The notes under the pieces are model-generated. The model ran no database searches, was not told the DNA's origin, and was given only the letters and a program-made list of their open reading frames with translations. A program made the translations under genes and the position numbers. Shown one piece after another: positions 56,621 through 64,000 of a DNA stretch of 64,000 nt. The stretch lies in the NCBI RefSeq assembly GCF_009914755.1, contig NC_060927.1. One strand, given 5' to 3'. The DNA is from the human T2T-CHM13v2.0 reference genome, Homo sapiens. How positions within the stretch are numbered: position 1 is the stretch's first letter; every line of letters starts with the position of its first letter.

Positions 56621-57659
56621 TAAGCAGAGTTCAAAATCCAATCAAAAAGATGAACCAGTTACAGGTCTCTGCAATCAGAGGCACGTATCTGTCCTCTGAC
56701 AGAAGTGGGCTAATGTGAGTGTAAGCGCCTAGAGCCCACAGACTTAAAAAGGCAGGCAGAAGCACCTGAAGAAGTGAATGCCTGTTGGTTCTGAGAGATG
56801 GGGAGGACAAAGACAAAAAAATTACATCCTCCGAATCTAGAAGACTCAAAATTGTGCCACCCATCCTTTCTATCACCCCTGTCCCCACCATTCAAGGTAT
56901 CCATGCTGAAACCAGTATTACTTACAGCATTAAAAAAAAAAGTTAAAGGGCTTATTGGCAGTGAAATCTCCACCTTCTCACATGATGATAAGCCCTGTTG
57001 GGTGAGAAAATGCTGAGGCAACAGGGTTAGCATTCAGGAAGACTCCTATGAGTCCAGGTAAATGGGCATGAAAGTGGCATATCAGCATATGAACTCCATT
57101 CAGTGAGAGCAAATGTAAGGTAATATGTTTTGGGGGAAATAATCCACACTACAAGATTATGGGCTCCAAGCTATCATTAACAATCCGGAAACTATGAGTG
57201 CATTATGCACTGAAGGTAATGGCTGAAAATGCTGCCAGAGCCAAGAGACCTATGAAATGCTGTGCTTCCTCATGGAGTTTTGTATAAACAGAACAAAAAG
57301 CATTGACCATACTTGCACTGGAAACAAAACAAAACAAAACATGGTACAACAGCACCTGAGTGCATCATGCATTTGCTCATCCCTCTCCAGCATACGGAAT
57401 GAAGCTGGACAAGATCCAGACTAATTATCATGGTCAGGAAGGAAGGTTTCCCCTAAAAATCAGGAGATTACGAATTGTCCGTTTCATGGGAAGGCAGCTA
57501 CACAAAGAGATGGTGAAAATGTACTCTTTTTCTTACATTATATTTAAATAATAACTTGAGGTGGATATTTTTAGCATCTGAAAATTTCACATCATCTACA
57601 AGTGTTTTAAACTTAGAGTACTGCCCAGAGCATCACATCTTGTAAAGTCCAGACTTTCA

Positions 57660-57960
57660 CCCTTTATCCACACATTGATGTATTTGTTCCTGAATCCAAA
57701 AACCACGTGCTAACTGCTCGTTTGTGCCAAGAACTGATTAGGGGTTAAGATGAGGTGTTGGGATACAGAGATAGATAGGCTCTTCTCTCAGAGAGTTTAA
57801 CATATTTAAGGAATAAAGCAAGAACATCTGTAATATGTATATATATATATATAATATCTGTTATATAGTGTGATGATTCCCATTAATTGAAGACTGTCCC
57901 CAAATCATGATGGCTGGTGAGAAATATGTCCTGAATTAATTCTGGGGAGGGTATAATAAA
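57660..57960 (-). mobile_element. L2 3' end (antisense) with a (TA)n tract at ~57836-57852
   Basis: tgtgccaagaactga...gtgttgggatacagagata...ctctcagagagtttaaca. Confidence 0.5.
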
Positions 57961-60399
57961 ATGTGTTTTCTGTTATGTGACCTTGTAATGCTATCCTTTT
58001 TATATTTCCTTTGCAATTGCACACTGACTTAATCTAAGAGGAATAATAAAAATAGTGAATAGTAGATTCAAGCAGCATTAAAACTGAGCATTTAGCATGC
58101 CAAAACACTTTTTTCAAAGCTATTAATATGGTGATTCCCTATTTTCTAGACTCTTACACATATAAACTCATATTTTGCATACTCCTTTCCTTTCCTTTCC
58201 TGGTAAAGGCTTATCATAATATATAGCATTTATTTTTAAAATGCATAGTGCATTTTTTCTCGGAGCTTATAATACTAGAGTTTTTTGGGCTTCTGAGTGC
58301 TTAATTTCTCAACTTTGACCTTGTATCAACATGAGATGTAGAATTTAATAGTATATTGCATTATTTATATGCTCTTCATCACTACGGATCCAATCATGCT
58401 TTATTAACTACAGGGACTGCACTAGATAGAACATAATTTCTTTAAACAGCAGTGGTAGGCATCCTAGAAACTGTATCTCAACAACAAAGTTAAAATCTTT
58501 CATAGGCAAGACAAATTAGTAAGATCTGATAGGAAAAATTCCAGGACTGATCTAGCAGGCTTTCTTTGTAATGCACATGCTACACCAAATGTCTATTTTA
58601 GTGTAGGCAAAGGCAAAGTTCAACAAAGGGTCCATAAAGTTGTTGTTCAAATTAAATTGTACAGGTCAGCACTTTAATAAACCATAAACAAATATAGTTA
58701 AAATGATATGGGAGATACATAGGCATTAACTTCTAATCGTTCTTAAAATGTCTGCATTATTTTTATGTCAACAAATTAAGAGATAAAGAAACCATCTCCA
58801 TTAAATTAATAACATTGAGGAAAACATTTCTGAAGATATTGCGACAATTAATTTTTAGGAGAATTTGGACCACTTGTGTCATTTAGATAAAATAATTCAG
58901 ATTCATATTTTGTTGTTGTCCTCTTTTTTCACTATAAATTTCCCTGCAGTAGGTTTAAATATCAGAGGTCAAGTGGTTGTTATCCTCCTGGATTTGGAAA
59001 CAGAATGTCTCTTTTTTATTTCTTGAGTAGCCATCTTACCACACTAGCAGCTTCACCTTGCACCCTAATATATTCAAGTCAAACTTGCCTTTAAAATGCA
59101 TGAGAGCCAACCTTCACTTGTACTGAATTTTTTATCCTTTGATTTCTCATAAGATTATTACTTCACAATGTCAAAAAACCTGAAAGGTTTAGGTTGAATG
59201 TCCAAACTCAAAGGCACCGGTGCTAAGTTTGATCCTGAAACCCCAAAATCAAAGGCCTTCCCCATTTCAGCCACACATTTTGCCTGTTGCTTTACAACAA
59301 TAGAAGTAGCAATTAGTAGAACCTGGCTTTATCCTTTTCCAGCCAAGTTGCAAAAGTTTGACTGTGAGATGACTAAAAAAATAATGACACAGATGCATTT
59401 TATACTCATGTACATTAAATTGTATGTTTATGAAGTCACTTTCTCCCAAATGATGGCTGTTTCTCAGTCTCTTTGGGTGGCCCCACAATGTTTCCACAGA
59501 GCACAAAGCATTTCAGGGCTTCCTTTTGGGAACTGTCTTCCAAGTTGCTTTATGAACAGGCAAGGACATCAAGATTATTCGTGTGTCAGAGGACATGCTT
59601 CTTTGATTTTCTCCCTTTTCTCTGTTCTTCTCCCTAGCTCTTTTCTTTGCTTCCTGCTCAAACTGAAGGAATTCAGAGGATCCTTAAAGAAGTGCTGAAC
59701 TGGGGACTGTCTTGAAGCAGAAAGTAAACGAGAATAGAAATTGTATCTAGTACAAGTCACCAAGATCAAATATTGCTACTAAATTCCTCCAAAAGAGAAA
59801 ATAAAGAGTTTGGACCTTACAGAAAAAAAGTAATTGCCTAATTTTACTGAGATAAATTAGATCAGCTAAATCTAATATCTGACTATTATAAAACTGACAA
59901 GCCATTGGACTATTGAAAAAGCTCATTTAAATGTTGTGCTTATTTAACATGCCTCATAGAATATACTCTGTGTGTATAATTTTTAGCCTTGTCTCCAAAG
60001 TCAACATTAAGAAAATCTAACAAAAATGTGTATTTCATATAAATACATTGTTTTATTTTTCTAGTTTTATAATTAACCCACATGACATAATTAGTTGAAG
60101 GAAATATATGAAAGCAAAACAAACAGAAGCAATATTGTTATGGGGGTACTACAGATATGAGAATATAATAGATGTTTTTCTAACAGAGATTATAGGACAA
60201 AGGCAAAATAGAACGATACAAAATTGCAATTACCTGTATGTACTTCTGTGGAAAATCTCATTGTACCAAAAGTGGAATATCAAATAAATTCTTTACAAGA
60301 GCTGATGAAGATAGAGGAAGGACAAGTGTAGAAAGTGCTCTAATGCATTTGATCTTAATGCCCATTAGGCATCTTTATGGGTTAATAAGGTAGTTCTTA

Positions 60400-60873
<474 letters not shown>

Positions 60874-61889
60874 TTAGGAGAAAGTGCCATTGTGATTTTG
60901 TAATTGAAGAAGAAAAGAATGCAAAGAAATTTTATTTCACTTTGTTTCATTTTTTAAAATTTATTTTATAACTTTCCTCATTACAAAAAGAATTTGTGGT
61001 GATTTGCAAAGATACAGACATAGCAAGTAAGGGTGACTATAAGCCCAAAGTGAAGTTAATACCAAAATGCGTGGCATGAATTCCTATATAACATACTTTA
61101 CAGATGAAGTCACAAATTTTTATTTTCATTTTCTTTAAGGGGAAAGCAGGATTAGTTACAAGACTTTCAGGAAAATCGTAGCTCATCCAGATACATAATA
61201 CAAAAGTCATTTATAGTGGGGACATACAACTATGACAACAATCTCAACAATATATGTACAAAGAATAAGTGAAACGATCAATTTTATAAGAATGATTCCT
61301 GTCTTGTGATGTCCCTTATAGGACCTGATATTATATCAAAATAAAAATCAGTTACAGAAATATTCTGTAGTTTGATCCATTGTGAAATGATTACTTCTCT
61401 CTGTTGAACCTCTAAAGCTATCCAGGGACAATGAGTTTGAACTTACATTCCATTAAAGGAGGGGAAGTTTTTTCTGTTCCTACATATGTATGAGGTTGTA
61501 TAGGGTGTAACAAGTAGGACAGTTGAGGGACACATTAACATTCATTAAAAATTGAGGAACCTGAAAAGGGAGCATCCTGAATAACTGCCCCCATGTTTCT
61601 ATCAGAGGTAAAGCTGTACTCACACACCAACTAAGTTCCCAAGAAAGTTAATCTTGTATAGGATATTTAGCATAGAGTATTCCATTCACCCAAAAATCAT
61701 AATTGTTTTAAATAATTGGAGCCAACGAAGATGAGAAATTGTAGAAATTAACTTTGAATCATTATTTCCAGAAAAGAGTATGATTAATGCAATTCACATG
61801 AAACTCTCTTGATCATATTTTTAAAGTCATGCAATAAAAGATGAAAAGAAAGACATGAAGACAGATATCATATGTGCTTTGAACATGTA

Positions 61890-62240
61890 AACATAGTGTC
61901 AAGAAAGCTTAAGGCAAGAAGCTTCAGGTTGGTAAAATGTCCTGAAATCAATAAGAAATAGGGCTTATATTTTTAAGGTTTATTCAGAAAATCTTGTAGC
62001 TTAGCGAAGATAGTGACCCAGCAACAAAAGAAAAAGGGAAGCCAAGATTTTTAACTCCAGGGTTTCATCCATTTTCGCTAGTAAGAAACTAAATCTTCCC
62101 AGTAGAAAGGGTAGAATAAACATTGTAAAAACAAATTAAAGTTCTGGAAGATGAGTTGGTAGTAAATTATTATCTGGGCAATTTAAATGTCTTCAAATTT
62201 CCAGGTCCAGAAAGACTTTATTGCAAGAATGGAGAAGAAC
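61890..62240 (+). mobile_element. L3/CR1-like LINE fragment
   Basis: gaagatagtgacccagcaacaaaagaaaaagggaagccaagatttttaactcc...aaatttccaggtccaga resembles CR1 ORF2; similar piece near 62780-62840 (ggatgacagaattagaattcaaa). Confidence 0.5.
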
Positions 62241-62854
62241 GGGCACTAAATCATAGAGATTAAAGTGGGACAAAAATCTCAATTTTAAGAAATGGGAAAA
62301 ATTAAGGATCAGCGAACTTAATGATGATTTCTAGCCAAATTCTAAAATGAACTGGAAGATAGATTGGTTATGTGAGTTTATTAAGAATTTATTTCTAGTG
62401 ATGCAACTAAACTTATTTTTGTTTTCCATAAAGCAGCAAATCTGAAGTCTTTAGATATTTTTTATCTTTTTTTTCACTCAATCACGTGATAAAGTATACA
62501 GGAAATACAAAGAGATTATAGTGGGGATACTAGTTCACTGTCACTCATGACTCATAGATGTCAAATTAATTGAAACATTTAACACCTTTCTCCCCCTAAA
62601 AAATTACATTGCTTAATGGTGAAATACACACTGAAGGTATGTTTTCCAAGATGTGCCATAGAACATCTATGTCTATATCGATACATACATATGTACATGT
62701 ATATATACATCAATGTCCATGTCTACGTCTCTATGTATCAATGGGCTGAATGTAAACAAAGAAAGAATGCTTTTGAAATCTGTAGGTAACACCAAACTGA
62801 ATGGATGACAGAATTAGAATTCAAAGTGGTCCTAACATATGAAATCATTAACTT

Positions 62855-63230
62855 TTTTCATTTATTCGTCAAACACATATTGGAACTCTCAATTTGACAG
62901 CCTGTTATGTACCACTATAAGCATGTGGATACAAAGGCAAAAAAGCCATTCCTCAATATGCACAGAGTCTGGAGAGACAGATGAGCATTAAATCAGAAAC
63001 AACACAAATGGCGAAGTGATATAGCAGGGGAGAGAAAAGGTGCCCTGGGAGCCGAGGAGAGGAAGTGTCTGTCTCTGCCTGGGGTAGAGGGAAAGACGAT
63101 TGGGACTGTATCACTAAAGAAGTTAGTCTCACACCAAATAGTGTTAATAAATAACCAGAAAAAGAGAGCTGAGATGAGGGAAGCTTACACAGAAAAGTCC
63201 TAGTGGTCAAAGTTGAACATAGCCTCAAAA
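62855..63230 (-). mobile_element. L2 3' end (antisense)
   Basis: ttcatttattcgtcaaacacatattg...ggatacaaagg...cacagagtctggagagacagatgagc. Confidence 0.65.
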
Positions 63231-64000
63231 AACGCCAATAATGTATTTTGCCTGAGATTTTTAAAAAATTCTAACAATTTCAAAATTTTTAATAGAAATA
63301 CTGCCCCTAAAGGATGGAAGAAAAGGAAGCCCTTGCTGCACTTTTTGACCCTTTTTGACACCAGTTCTCCATAGAAAGTAGCTAGATGCAGCAACATGAT
63401 TATAATGTGTTTTACAGATTCCAACAAAGGGAAAATCTCTCACAGCTGAAATGTACCTTTGTCACCTTTTTTATTTCTACAAAAGGGGTGTGCAATGTTT
63501 TGTAATAAAAACTCATCCCCAAAAAATGTTTTCTATTAAACAGATATTTTTTAAATGTCTAAACAAAACAAAACAAATATAAAATATTTTCTTTTGCTTT
63601 CAAATCTTTTTTTTTCTTTTTCCTAGAATCTTCCCGTGTAATGAACACAGCCCTCATTAGAGAAAGCATTCCTTCCAAAACTAAATTAACTTTTTCTTGA
63701 AAAGTTTGCAGTATGTAAGTCTCAGAATTGAAGAAAAACATATTTTACATAACTAAATTTGGTTTTCACTAAGTTAAAAAAAATTGAGTTTTAAACAACC
63801 AGGGAAGAAGATTAAAATTATACACAAACAGATAAATCATAGTGTCTGAATGATTACTTTTAGAAATCCAAATATAGACACACACACACCCCTCTAGAAA
63901 TATAGATTTAGTACTCAATAACGTGGTCACATCAGCTAACAACAGGCTGCTTTTCAGGGAGATCTCTCAAAGATATGGCTATTCAGATAAAAAGAGTCTC

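Noticed and set aside
59198-59698. Longest ORF (166 aa)
   Set aside because: No recognisable domain, and part overlaps MIR-like sequence; consistent with a chance ORF
60950-61400. Possible ancient mammalian repeat
   Set aside because: Only a vague resemblance; needs a Dfam search

Overview
Primate, most likely human, non-coding genomic DNA. It is AT-rich and CpG-poor, and I see no CpG island. I recognise no protein-coding exon, RNA gene or processed pseudogene. The listed ORFs are Alu, L1 or LTR translations or chance ORFs; only 44313..44582 is real protein sequence, the dead C-terminus of an L1 ORF2p. The window is a nested transposon record: about 20 Alu copies or fragments, old and primate L1, a long L2, MIRs, MaLR/ERVL solo LTRs, a probable Gypsy-type LTR, DNA-transposon relics and microsatellites. 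I found no evidence for a new biological system. The most notable signals are rearrangement scars: a ~950 bp foreign segment replacing part of an L1 and an Alu (24470-25470), a probable L1PA7 3' transduction (36025-36402) and a templated-repair scar in an MLT1B (41128-41194). There are also a motif-dense enhancer candidate (~50.8-51.1 kb) and a DUX4 site in a THE1 LTR. Subfamily names come from my recall of consensus sequences, and boundaries of old repeats are approximate; RepeatMasker/Dfam should confirm them.
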